From an uncultured archaeon (GTDB taxonomy: Archaea; Asgardarchaeota; Thorarchaeia; Thorarchaeales; Thorarchaeaceae), in assembly GCA_964458565.1 (NCBI GenBank), contig CAYWJO010000005.1, forward strand, positions 20,375 through 84,374: a stretch of 64,000 bases of DNA, read 5' to 3'. Below, in pieces: positions 37,772 through 47,490 of this stretch. Below the pieces are notes generated by a model. The model saw only the letters and a list, made by a program, of their open reading frames with translations. It had not been told where the DNA came from and did no database searches. Each line of letters opens with the position of its first letter. Within the stretch, counting starts at the first letter, position 1. The translations under genes and the position numbers were made by a program.

Positions 37772-39595
37772 TTAAAGAACAGTCACTGATTTTGCCAAGT
37801 TGCGTGGTTTATCAGGGTCGTATCCTTTTCTGGTTGCCATATAATAACTGAATAATTGAAGTGGTACAATATATGCCATTACTGAAAATTCAGGCTCTAC
37901 ACCCTTGGGTACAACAAATGTATAATCTGACAGAGACTGCAATTCTTCATCGCCTTCCTCTATTACACTTATCACAGTCGCACCTCTTGCTTTCATTTCC
38001 ATAAGGTTTCCAATAATTCGATTTCGGGTATCATCTCGAGGCGCAATAAAAATCACGGGATAACCATTATCAACCAATGCTATAGGTCCATGTTTTGATT
38101 CACCAGCAGAATATGCCTCTGCATGATTATATGCAATCTCTTTCAACTTCAGAGCTCCCTCTTCAGCTGTTGCAATCGAAACACCTCGTCCCAGAAATAA
38201 TAAACTTGGAACATTATAATATCTTCCAGCGAGACTTCTTGCCTTTTCTTCATGAATTGAAATAACCTTCGACACAATCTCAGGTAATTTATTCAATGAT
38301 TCCCGTTTCTGGCTAATTACATCTGATTCTCTATATTTTGTTATATCTGCGAGCGACAGAGCAATTTGTGCTAGAGCTGTCAACTGAACCATAAACGTCT
38401 TCGTTGCCGCTACACCTATTTCTGGACCTGCTTGAGTTATGATTGTATGATCTGCAATTCTTGTAATTGAACTACCTACAACATTCGTAACAGCAATTAC
38501 TTTTACACCAAAGCTCTTAGCATACTTTACCGCAGTAATAGTATCAGTTGTTTCTCCGGATTGTGTAATAGCAATAATACAATCTTTTTCCGACAATGCC
38601 CCATAAACAGTATCAGAAAAATCACTTGCTAATTCAAATGTAGGCAATACTCCTGCTAATGATGCAAACATATGGCGTCCTGCAATAGCAGCGTGGCCAG
38701 AGGTTCCCATAGCGAGAAGGAAAATATTGTTCGAAGAACTAATCATCTCTGCGGCTCTAGCAATGATTTCGGGTCTCAATCTAAGTGTATTCCTAATCGC
38801 TTCTGGCTGTTCGTGTATCTCCTTCAACATAAAATGGGGAAATCCACCTTTCTGTGCTTGATCTGCTGTCCAACTAATTTTGATTGTTTCTCTTTCAATT
38901 ATGGAACCATCATCTAATTTCTCAATACTAACGCTATCAATACCAAGTGTAGCAATTTCTCCATCCAAAAGTAATATCATATCATTAGTCATCGGTAAGA
39001 ATGCAGGAATATCAGATGACACATATGAAACTCCATCTTTTCTTCCAATTACAAGTGGATTACCATCACGTGTACATACAATCTTATTTGGTTCGGTGGT
39101 AGACATCGCAACAATTGCATATGTACCCTCTATTCTCCCAGTCACCTTCTTCAGGGCTTCAGCAAGTCCCAATCCATCCTTAAAATAGTCTTCAATCATA
39201 TGTGGAATGACTTCCGTATCAGTTTCAGAATCAAACTTATGCCCCTTCTCACTTAGTTCTCTTCTCAATTCCAAAAAATTATCTATTACTCCATTATGAA
39301 CTACTGCTACTTCATTGTTGCAATCAAAATGAGGATGTGAATTATACAATGATGGTATTCCATGTGTTGCCCATCTCGTATGTCCTATTCCTATAGTGCC
39401 AGGTAAGTCATCCAAATTCAATTTTCTGTGGACCTCTTCAATCTTACCTTTGTCTTTCTTCATGAAGAGCTTCCCATCAGAAATAGTTGTAACACCTACT
39501 GAATCATAGCCCCTATATTCAAGTCGTTTTAATGCTTGATGTAGGAAAGGTGCAACCTCTCCTTTAGTTTGAACGACTCCAATGATTCCACACAT
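37772..39595 (-). CDS. glmS: Glutamine--fructose-6-phosphate transaminase
   Basis: MCGIIG, LEYRGYDS, GHTRWATHG, QSGET, KHGPIAL and PRNLAKSVTV. Confidence 0.97.
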   Translation of the reverse strand: MCGIIGVVQTKGEVAPFLHQALKRLEYRGYDSVGVTTISDGKLFMKKDKGKIEEVHRKLNLDDLPGTIGIGHTRWATHGIPSLYNSHPHFDCNNEVAVVHNGVIDNFLELRRELSEKGHKFDSETDTEVIPHMIEDYFKDGLGLAEALKKVTGRIEGTYAIVAMSTTEPNKIVCTRDGNPLVIGRKDGVSYVSSDIPAFLPMTNDMILLLDGEIATLGIDSVSIEKLDDGSIIERETIKISWTADQAQKGGFPHFMLKEIHEQPEAIRNTLRLRPEIIARAAEMISSSNNIFLLAMGTSGHAAIAGRHMFASLAGVLPTFELASDFSDTVYGALSEKDCIIAITQSGETTDTITAVKYAKSFGVKVIAVTNVVGSSITRIADHTIITQAGPEIGVAATKTFMVQLTALAQIALSLADITKYRESDVISQKRESLNKLPEIVSKVISIHEEKARSLAGRYYNVPSLLFLGRGVSIATAEEGALKLKEIAYNHAEAYSAGESKHGPIALVDNGYPVIFIAPRDDTRNRIIGNLMEMKARGATVISVIEEGDEELQSLSDYTFVVPKGVEPEFSVMAYIVPLQLFSYYMATRKGYDPDKPRNLAKSVTVL

Positions 39596-39696
39596 TACTA
39601 GAAAGCCTCGTGTAGATATTATCTGTAGTTATTACAGATTATAGAATTAATAACATCTGAGTATAAGTGTTGATGTTGAACATCCAAGTTCAATTA

Positions 39697-40008
39697 TCAT
39701 CCCGTAAGTTCGATTTCAATATACACAGAATCAGGAATTCTGACACGCATAATCTGCCTGATGGCACGCTCATCCGCATCAATATCAATGAGCCTTTTAT
39801 GAACTCGCATCTCCCACTTATCCCAAGACTGTGATCCTTGTCCACAGGGTGTTTTACGAGTAGGAAGTATCATTCGCCTAGTAGGAAGTGGAATTGGACC
39901 TGCCATACGGACTCCTGTCTTTCTAGTAATTCGTCTTATTTGATTACAGACCCCATCGAGGTGCTCTGTACTTGTACTTGACAGTCGAATCCTTGCTCGT
40001 TGAGTCAT
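39697..40008 (-). CDS. rpsJ: 30S ribosomal protein S10 (uS10)
   Basis: [22 protein letters not shown] and [12 protein letters not shown]. Confidence 0.97.
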   Translation of the reverse strand: MTQRARIRLSSTSTEHLDGVCNQIRRITRKTGVRMAGPIPLPTRRMILPTRKTPCGQGSQSWDKWEMRVHKRLIDIDADERAIRQIMRVRIPDSVYIEIELTG

Positions 40009-40186
40009 TTGAAAGCTATACTCCTATCTACTAGACAGTGACAGCCACGACTGATATTTGGATAAAAAGGTTGTCTTATGTGAGAAGAAGTTGAAGTCTG
40101 AGAAAGCGTATCAATAATAGAATCAGAAGCATAATTTCATTAACATTTCGAGAATATCCAGCAATGGGGTATCAAAATTAGCCGAC

Positions 40187-40972
40187 GTGACAATAGTCAA
40201 GCTTGGTGGATCTGTAATCACACATAAAGACAAATCACCACCTCAAATGAACAGGAAAGCTATTGTTCGTATTGTAAAGGAACTTGGCGTATCTATTGAT
40301 AAATTAGTCATAGTCCTTGGTGGCGGCTCATATGGACATCAACCCGCACATCTGTATGGATATGGGAATGACAAAACCCCGAGAAACAAATTGCTGGATG
40401 GAATAGGTCCTATTCATAAAAACATGATAGACTTGTCAATTCAGGTTGCGGATACCTTGAATAGATATAAAATCCGAACAGTAGTTTTCTCTCCTTTCAC
40501 TCATGTCATTATGCATGATGGAGCTGTTTCTGCTTATCCTACCGAACTAATAAAACGGTCTCTGAAATCAGAATATACAGTTCTTACACATGGTGATGTA
40601 TGTTTAGACGAAGTACGTGGGGCTTCAATACTGAGTGGGGACACAATAATTGTACATCTAGCTAAAAGCATTGGTGCAAGAAGAGTATTAATCGGAACTA
40701 ATGTAGATGGAGTTATGGAACAAAATCCAACAATAAATCCGGCTGCTAAATATATTCCCATAATTAGTCATACAAACATGAATGAAGTTCTTCATTCAGC
40801 TGGTCCTTCTGACACAACAGATGTCACAGGTGGTATGCATCGGAAAATAACAGAACTCCTTGAATTGGCAAAAACAAATACTGCTATTCACATCTTCAAT
40901 CTCTCAGTTCCTGGTAGACTGAAAGCACTATTACAAGGGCACGATACAATCTGTACTACCATAACTGTTTAA
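40187..40972 (+). CDS. Isopentenyl phosphate kinase
   Basis: KLGGSVIT.K, GGGSYGH, HGDV, ILSGD and DVTGGM.RK. Confidence 0.9.
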   Translation: MTIVKLGGSVITHKDKSPPQMNRKAIVRIVKELGVSIDKLVIVLGGGSYGHQPAHLYGYGNDKTPRNKLLDGIGPIHKNMIDLSIQVADTLNRYKIRTVVFSPFTHVIMHDGAVSAYPTELIKRSLKSEYTVLTHGDVCLDEVRGASILSGDTIIVHLAKSIGARRVLIGTNVDGVMEQNPTINPAAKYIPIISHTNMNEVLHSAGPSDTTDVTGGMHRKITELLELAKTNTAIHIFNLSVPGRLKALLQGHDTICTTITV

Positions 40973-40976
40973 CTTA

Positions 40977-43900
40977 TCATATCAGCAATGTAGACATATT
41001 ATCTGCCATTGTTCCAAGAGTCAAGTTCTCTGGAGTCATATAATTATCATCTACATATTCGGCTGCTGTTAAAATAACAATGACCTCTTTCGAATTACAT
41101 TTTCTACACGCTACATCACTATGTAGATTGAGAAGTGTGTTGAGCTGTTGTTGAGTTGGAAAAACAGCATATGACTTGTTCCCTGCACAAAGATCATAAT
41201 ATCCATGATTTTTCAGTACAGGACCATTAATCTCACTAAGAAGTTTTTCTAAAATCTCAACTGATTTTTTCTTCATATTCTCAAGTATTGAAGAATTTAC
41301 AATCCATAATCCAGATTCCAAATCTATGAATTGACTATCATCACCAATACGTAATGCAACAAGAACTTCATCTGCAAGAAGCTCAGTCAAAGCTCTTCGC
41401 CCATCATCTACATTCATTGGAGCAGTACGCCCTTGAATTGACTGTACAGCAGTAGTTTCTATGAACTCCATTAAGACATCCCAATTCACGCATCCATTAG
41501 ATACATCGACAAAATCTTGTAGCAGACCAAACCATAATCTCATTTGGATAGCTCGACCTGATGATCCGACATCACGAACTGCATTGATTAAATCTGTATG
41601 AGTAATTTTCTCTTCTATAATTGGCTGTGATTGCTCAACAATATCTGTTTGAACGATACCAGTACTGAAAGTATCTAGAATTATGTCAAGCGAAGTTGTA
41701 AACGCAGACACAACAGTCACTGCTTCAAACTCATCATCACAATCCAATTGTTCCCTTATCATTGCCGCAGCAACACTGCCTCTTACAATGATTATCAATT
41801 CAATTACCTGGTTACCTAAATGTGACATATATTTCCGAATCTTTTCGATAAGTGAATCCATCGAGGTTGCTCTAATGTGTTCGGGCAGAATCAGTATAGC
41901 TCTGTCATTGATAACTAGTTCACTCTCTGATTTTTTCTCAATTATCACATCATCATTTTCCAATTTATTCAAAATGTATTGCATAATCACTTCTGTAACT
42001 GCTTCTAATCCTTTTCCCGGAATCGTGAATATGAATCCTCCCGGAACAAGAGGGATAGCTTCTCTGTCTATTGATTCAAAAGATAACAAATCTCGAATTA
42101 ATTCAGATAGTTCCTCTGGTCCTGACTTTGAATCCAGACTATGTAAAAAGCCCAATAAATCGCCCTCTGTCACAAACCGTTTTGATGCAAGGAATGCAAT
42201 GACATGATTTGCGATTTCACCAATCCTATCAAAAACTTGTTTTTGATCTGATATAGTCGATGTATCAATATCATCAAGTTCAACTCCTGGTTCTGATCCA
42301 GATATGGAAGTGATAGATTCGGTTTCATGAGATTCTTCAGATGCAATAATATCCATTGAAGTTGGGCTAACGAAGGGGTAGGTCGCTATTTCAAATGCAT
42401 TAGTATTTGGTAATATCATTATTGCACGACCCCGTTTTAATACACGAAGATACCTCTCTTGCTCTTCATTCAAAGATAAGAAACGGCTTCCAATCCCACT
42501 ATCATATGGTAGTCGAAATGTCACTTTTGAAGAGGTATTAGCTAAAATATTCGAAGAGATATTTGGTCTAGTGGAAACAACGACAACTCCTTGTCCTGTA
42601 GCTCTTTGAAGCATAACCATTGATTCTCCTGTTGTTATATCAGCTGCGGAATCCCTCGTATAACTCTCTGGAACAAGATTACTTGCTTCTTCGAGAACAA
42701 CTACATGATGAAGGTCTGGTGTTATTCCTCTTTTCATAGCATAATCAAAGATACGCTTTGCAACAAGATTGTAGAGCAATCTGGCAGCATCCATCCCACC
42801 TGTGCTTGCTACATATCGTAAATCAAAAATCACTCTTCGGTTCATTAAGCTCGATATTTTAACAGCATTTTTTCCTCCTGCCAAAATGGATCCAAGGGGT
42901 TCTCGATTCAGGATTTCCAGACGATTCAATAGAGCATCTCTTGTCATTTTCCCAGATTTATCATCATCTTCTGCTGCTTTTTCGATTAAATCTACCAAAA
43001 AACTCACTGAATTTGCATCCCGAGATGCAGATTCCACAACTCTCTCTATTGATTCTCTGAGAAGACGTTCCATTGCAGGGGTCAGCTCGGAAGACCCGCT
43101 TCGTTCTTTTAATAATTCCCTAAAAATACTGAATACAACATTAGCATGTCTTTTCTTAGAATCAAGCCCCGAATCAAAGATGTCGATAACGAAGGAGGAA
43201 TCCAATCCTGGTTTCAGAATAATTACATTATCATATCCCATCAAATCATGATATTCAGAACCTTTTACATCAAATACCCACCAAGGTATATTCGTTTTCT
43301 GACTTAATTCCGCAATAAGATGTTTGACAAATGTTGTTTTACCGGTCCCAGTTGCACCTAAGACAGCTATATGTTCCCGTAACCATTCTACTTTGAAACC
43401 TACTTCATTTAAAATACGTCCTTCAAATACTGTATTAGCTACCTTCAATTCGTTATCAATTATATCTCGTGAAGGAATTGTAAATGAAGGAATTGGAGTT
43501 GCCGTTATGACAGGGAGATTCTGTACTGGCATATTCACATATGCAGATAATCTGTTTACATGCATTCTTACCCGTTTAATATGCCTCCTTGTGATGCATC
43601 TATAGAATATCCTTCCTTTCGATTTACGTTCAATCAGTTTGAAACTTCCATCTCCTCCCCATATGGATAACGCCAAACCTTTCAATGCGTCTCTGTTTGC
43701 TATCTTTTTGGTTTCTCTAACATGTAAATAGGCTGTGGTATCAAACCATCCATTATCAATCTTAACATCATCGTACTGGTCAATCAGATATTTTTTTGCT
43801 GCTTGATCTGCTAATGAATCATCTTTGCTTTTTTCCTTTCGTCTAATAGACTTCCACTCTCTCTCCATTCTTCGTTTCTCTTTCTTAGCTGACGTTTTTG

Positions 43901-44714
43901 AAAAGACGCAGGTAAAAGATGCTGAATATCTCTGTTTGAGCATGGAAGAAAGTAGTGTACCAATTTGAGATCTATCAATACTTGGAGACACTTGAGGTAA
44001 TCCATCAAATAGTATCAATAGATTATCAGATATATTATCATTATCTGATTCGTCTTCTCCGATATTTGTATGAATGAGATAATCAAAAGCCTGACCTAAT
44101 TCATTTTCTCGCAGTAGTTTTAATTCGATATTTGTTATCGAAGCATGTAGAATTGCTTCAGTTCTTGTAGCCTCTTTCTTAAGAATTTGGCAAAGCTCTG
44201 ATAATGATTTTCCTCTGACAGTTAGGAAAATTCGCAGATACGGTGTTTCATTATATATTCCTGCTTCAAACGCCATAGACAAACAATCTGCCATTCCTGA
44301 TCTGAGTGCAAGCAACATTGCTGTATTATACGTTGGATGATTGTCATCATCTAACTCAACCCTCATATTCATTGATGATATCTCAAAACAACACGTCACA
44401 ACATTGTGTTTCCCAAGGCTGAGAATTGCGTATTCATTGCTTATTTCTATAGAAATTCTTTCGTTATTGATAGCATATCTAATCCACGCAAGTCCGGTTA
44501 GTATTGGAAATAAGCATACGATTACTTCGATTATTATTTTCATTGGTATTGAAGGTGCAAAACCTAGTCCTGATAATGGAAGAAGATATACACTGATTAG
44601 ATAGAAGAAGGATACGAGTATTCCTACTACCCACATAGTCCTGATATACATCCATTTTGTATCAATGTTTGTGCGTAGTTCCGACGGTCCAGACATGATT
44701 CTCACACCGTTCAT
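40977..44714 (-). CDS. Membrane-anchored HerA/VirB4-like ATPase (DUF87) with a long C-terminal extension
   Basis: Two N-terminal TMs, HIAVLGATGTGKTT, FDVKGSEY, VVLEEA and STRP. Confidence 0.8.
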   Translation of the reverse strand: MNGVRIMSGPSELRTNIDTKWMYIRTMWVVGILVSFFYLISVYLLPLSGLGFAPSIPMKIIIEVIVCLFPILTGLAWIRYAINNERISIEISNEYAILSLGKHNVVTCCFEISSMNMRVELDDDNHPTYNTAMLLALRSGMADCLSMAFEAGIYNETPYLRIFLTVRGKSLSELCQILKKEATRTEAILHASITNIELKLLRENELGQAFDYLIHTNIGEDESDNDNISDNLLILFDGLPQVSPSIDRSQIGTLLSSMLKQRYSASFTCVFSKTSAKKEKRRMEREWKSIRRKEKSKDDSLADQAAKKYLIDQYDDVKIDNGWFDTTAYLHVRETKKIANRDALKGLALSIWGGDGSFKLIERKSKGRIFYRCITRRHIKRVRMHVNRLSAYVNMPVQNLPVITATPIPSFTIPSRDIIDNELKVANTVFEGRILNEVGFKVEWLREHIAVLGATGTGKTTFVKHLIAELSQKTNIPWWVFDVKGSEYHDLMGYDNVIILKPGLDSSFVIDIFDSGLDSKKRHANVVFSIFRELLKERSGSSELTPAMERLLRESIERVVESASRDANSVSFLVDLIEKAAEDDDKSGKMTRDALLNRLEILNREPLGSILAGGKNAVKISSLMNRRVIFDLRYVASTGGMDAARLLYNLVAKRIFDYAMKRGITPDLHHVVVLEEASNLVPESYTRDSAADITTGESMVMLQRATGQGVVVVSTRPNISSNILANTSSKVTFRLPYDSGIGSRFLSLNEEQERYLRVLKRGRAIMILPNTNAFEIATYPFVSPTSMDIIASEESHETESITSISGSEPGVELDDIDTSTISDQKQVFDRIGEIANHVIAFLASKRFVTEGDLLGFLHSLDSKSGPEELSELIRDLLSFESIDREAIPLVPGGFIFTIPGKGLEAVTEVIMQYILNKLENDDVIIEKKSESELVINDRAILILPEHIRATSMDSLIEKIRKYMSHLGNQVIELIIIVRGSVAAAMIREQLDCDDEFEAVTVVSAFTTSLDIILDTFSTGIVQTDIVEQSQPIIEEKITHTDLINAVRDVGSSGRAIQMRLWFGLLQDFVDVSNGCVNWDVLMEFIETTAVQSIQGRTAPMNVDDGRRALTELLADEVLVALRIGDDSQFIDLESGLWIVNSSILENMKKKSVEILEKLLSEINGPVLKNHGYYDLCAGNKSYAVFPTQQQLNTLLNLHSDVACRKCNSKEVIVILTAAEYVDDNYMTPENLTLGTMADNMSTLLI

Positions 44715-45049
44715 TTTATTCTGGACAAAGGTAGACTTGTTATGTCATCATCCATCCAAGAACGGTACGGACTGTACTCTCGAGGTTAGAAGTCCGAACT
44801 CGCTGATTTGTACAGGTTTGAATTATTTAAGCCACCCTCGCCTCAGTATTCCAATCATTTCTTTCCTGTAATCGAATTAGATGGGAAATGATACTGAACT
44901 CATCAAATTCAATTTAGAGGTTAAGTTCTTGTTAAGTTCTAATCAATAAGAACTACACCAAAATCTAATTTCTATATGAGGTTAATATTGATGATAAATG
45001 AAATAGAGCTGAGTGAAAATTACATACTACTATAATACAGGTCCGTACA

Positions 45050-47026
45050 ATGTGGGTGGTTCACTTGAATCAAAAAGCAATTATCATCATCGCTTTCAGT
45101 CTGCTAATCATTGGTCTGTGTGTTCAAAACGTAGAATCAGCAAATAGTGAGGAAGTTGACATTTATAGAGGTGACACAATCGAAATTACTGCTAGACTGC
45201 TTGAAAATATCACGTTTGGGAACCCTATACCTAACCAACATCTCTACTTCTATGATCAAACAGAAAATCAATTCATTGGTTCTTCCCTAACTAATTCTGA
45301 TGGATACGCATCAATAGAATGGACGATTCCATTGAACCATACTCTTGGAAACACATTGCTAAACGTTACATTTTATGGAAATGCAACTCTTTTCCTAGCA
45401 TCATCTTGCCAATTTGTACCATTGACAATTCTATCAAGAACCAATATCCAAATACATGTGAACGAATACCTTCTTGCCCCTGATGACTACTTGATAATAG
45501 ATATTCTTCTCGAGAATGATGAGAATACACCTATTCAGAGTGCAACTATTATGATGTATAATGATGAATCACTTCTTGCAACTGCCAATAGTAATACAAC
45601 CGGTCAAGTAGAGTTCGTAGTAATGTGTAATGATACATGGTGTTCAAATGGTGAAAATGTGATATCAATTATTTATGAGGGCGATTTGATTCATTTTAAT
45701 TCTGAAGCATTAGAAAGTTTTCTAATCACATTTCAGAAAATACCGACCTCTCTCACGATTCAGAATCTTCCAAATAATGTACTTCTCGGTCAAATGTATA
45801 TACTAGATATCGAGTTGGAATCCGAATTTTCTCTTCCATCAAATTCGGTTATTGATGTTTATCTCGATGGCTCATATTTCGATTCCATCAATCTCAACGA
45901 AACAGGATCTAAAAAATACAATCTATCTATAGATGATCATTTTGATTTGGGTATTCACTATTTAGCTTTCAGCTTCTCTGAAACAACACGTTATGCATCA
46001 ACATCTCTAGAAAGCAATATTGAAGTGTATAGCCCAGCTTTCATTAATATACAAATCAACGAACCACTCATCATTGATAGTAATCAGAGCATCATCATCG
46101 AACTTACAGATTCTTTTCATAGGTCTATTGCTAATACAATTATTGAATTACATGATTTATCATCTGGAATCACAAGAAACATAATGACGCCTTCAAATTC
46201 GACTCGTCTATCGATAGAGTTTCCTCTGCTCGGAAGAATTGGACCCAGAACTCTATCAATTAACATAATGAATAATATTTTCTTGACAAATAACACACTT
46301 TTCTATGATGTCATAATTTGGGCAAAATCTAGCATAATCCTCATTGACTCGAATATAATGGGGTATGCCTCTCCAACACAAGAAATAACATTGAAATTAC
46401 AAGTCGTTGGATTTGAGCGAAATTGTTCATTTTGTCAAATAGGGCTAATAGAACGTAATGCATCGATAATAGTATTAGAAAATACTGATGAATTTGGAGT
46501 AACAGATTTCACTTGGAATGCCCCTTCGACAGAAGGTAATTTTTCTTTAATCATCACTTATCTAGGTAACATCGATTATTACGAACTGCCGTATAATATG
46601 ACCTACAATTATTATGTCACAAAGAAGATACCACTGACTGTTATAGCGAGCGAATATACAATTATTCCAGCTCTACAAGAAATTCAAGTTTTATTACAAT
46701 TCATCCTTCTCAATGGGACCCCTCCAATTGGATTACAAGTGGTGGTCAATTGGATTGAGTACAAACAAGTAGTTCCGATTCAGACAAATGGTATCTTATT
46801 CCTCCAACTAATAGTTCCTACCCTTCCAAGTAATTATTCTCTTACTTTTAGCATAGATGAAAGTGACTCCACACTCGCTCTATCGGGACGTATTCAGATT
46901 GAGATTGATGATTATACAGCTTTAGCATCACAGGGGGTAGGTATTCCAAGTATAGCTACTGCTGCATTTCTTTCAATTGGCATTGCAGCATTACCCATTA
47001 TCAGAAGATGGTATATGATTGGATAG
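45050..47026 (+). CDS. Secreted Ig-like repeat cell-surface protein with C-terminal TM anchor
   Basis: Signal peptide, repeated TNSDG/TDEFG..Y.G beta-sandwich units, many NxS/T sequons, and a TM followed by RR. Confidence 0.75.
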   Translation: MWVVHLNQKAIIIIAFSLLIIGLCVQNVESANSEEVDIYRGDTIEITARLLENITFGNPIPNQHLYFYDQTENQFIGSSLTNSDGYASIEWTIPLNHTLGNTLLNVTFYGNATLFLASSCQFVPLTILSRTNIQIHVNEYLLAPDDYLIIDILLENDENTPIQSATIMMYNDESLLATANSNTTGQVEFVVMCNDTWCSNGENVISIIYEGDLIHFNSEALESFLITFQKIPTSLTIQNLPNNVLLGQMYILDIELESEFSLPSNSVIDVYLDGSYFDSINLNETGSKKYNLSIDDHFDLGIHYLAFSFSETTRYASTSLESNIEVYSPAFINIQINEPLIIDSNQSIIIELTDSFHRSIANTIIELHDLSSGITRNIMTPSNSTRLSIEFPLLGRIGPRTLSINIMNNIFLTNNTLFYDVIIWAKSSIILIDSNIMGYASPTQEITLKLQVVGFERNCSFCQIGLIERNASIIVLENTDEFGVTDFTWNAPSTEGNFSLIITYLGNIDYYELPYNMTYNYYVTKKIPLTVIASEYTIIPALQEIQVLLQFILLNGTPPIGLQVVVNWIEYKQVVPIQTNGILFLQLIVPTLPSNYSLTFSIDESDSTLALSGRIQIEIDDYTALASQGVGIPSIATAAFLSIGIAALPIIRRWYMIG

Positions 47027-47034
47027 AAATTCAA

Positions 47035-47144
47035 TGGTGCTCCGGCCGGGATTCGAACCCGGGTCGAGGAATCGAGAGTCCCTCATGCTGGGCCGGACTA
47101 CATTCGGCTATCAAACACAAATATTGCTTGATTTCTACCGGAGC
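47035..47144 (-). tRNA. tRNA-Glu(CUC) with 32-nt intron at 10/11 (47103-47134)
   Basis: GCTCCGG/CCGGAGC-A-CCA; AGGGA-CTCTCGA-TTCCT; BHB helix CGGT/GCCG with AG^A and AA^T bulges. Confidence 0.88.
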
Positions 47145-47231
47145 TTTGGTACCAGTCCGGAGCGGGAGTGCACTCCCTCTTATACAAATAAGGCTTTCCC
47201 CGAATTTATCCTACATAGAAACGCATGGCTT

Positions 47232-47447
47232 TTATGGATTGAATAAATTCGCAAAATTCGTCCAACTATCTTCTAACAATCCTAATAGACTATTGAAAAC
47301 TTCTTGTGCCCATCCTGTGGCTTGAAGAATGACTGCAATAACAATGGACACAGTTACAACTGCAATTCCAAGAAGCAAACTCTCTTCAACCAATGGACCA
47401 CCCGATTCATCGGAACCAAATTTGTTATCGTCAGTCATATTGTTCAC
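47232..47447 (-). CDS. Flp-like pilin (class III signal peptide)
   Basis: DESG^GPLVE with Glu at +5 followed by a hydrophobic helix; lies downstream of a pilus ATPase. Confidence 0.7.
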   Translation of the reverse strand: MNNMTDDNKFGSDESGGPLVEESLLLGIAVVTVSIVIAVILQATGWAQEVFNSLLGLLEDSWTNFANLFNP

Positions 47448-47490
47448 TGCAAATTATTCTTTTTTGTCCTATTTTAACTCCCCTTGATTA

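Noticed and set aside
41683-43605. Long antisense ORFs inside the ATPase gene, and similar short shadow ORFs across the window
   Set aside because: Opposite-strand shadows of well-supported genes with no motifs of their own
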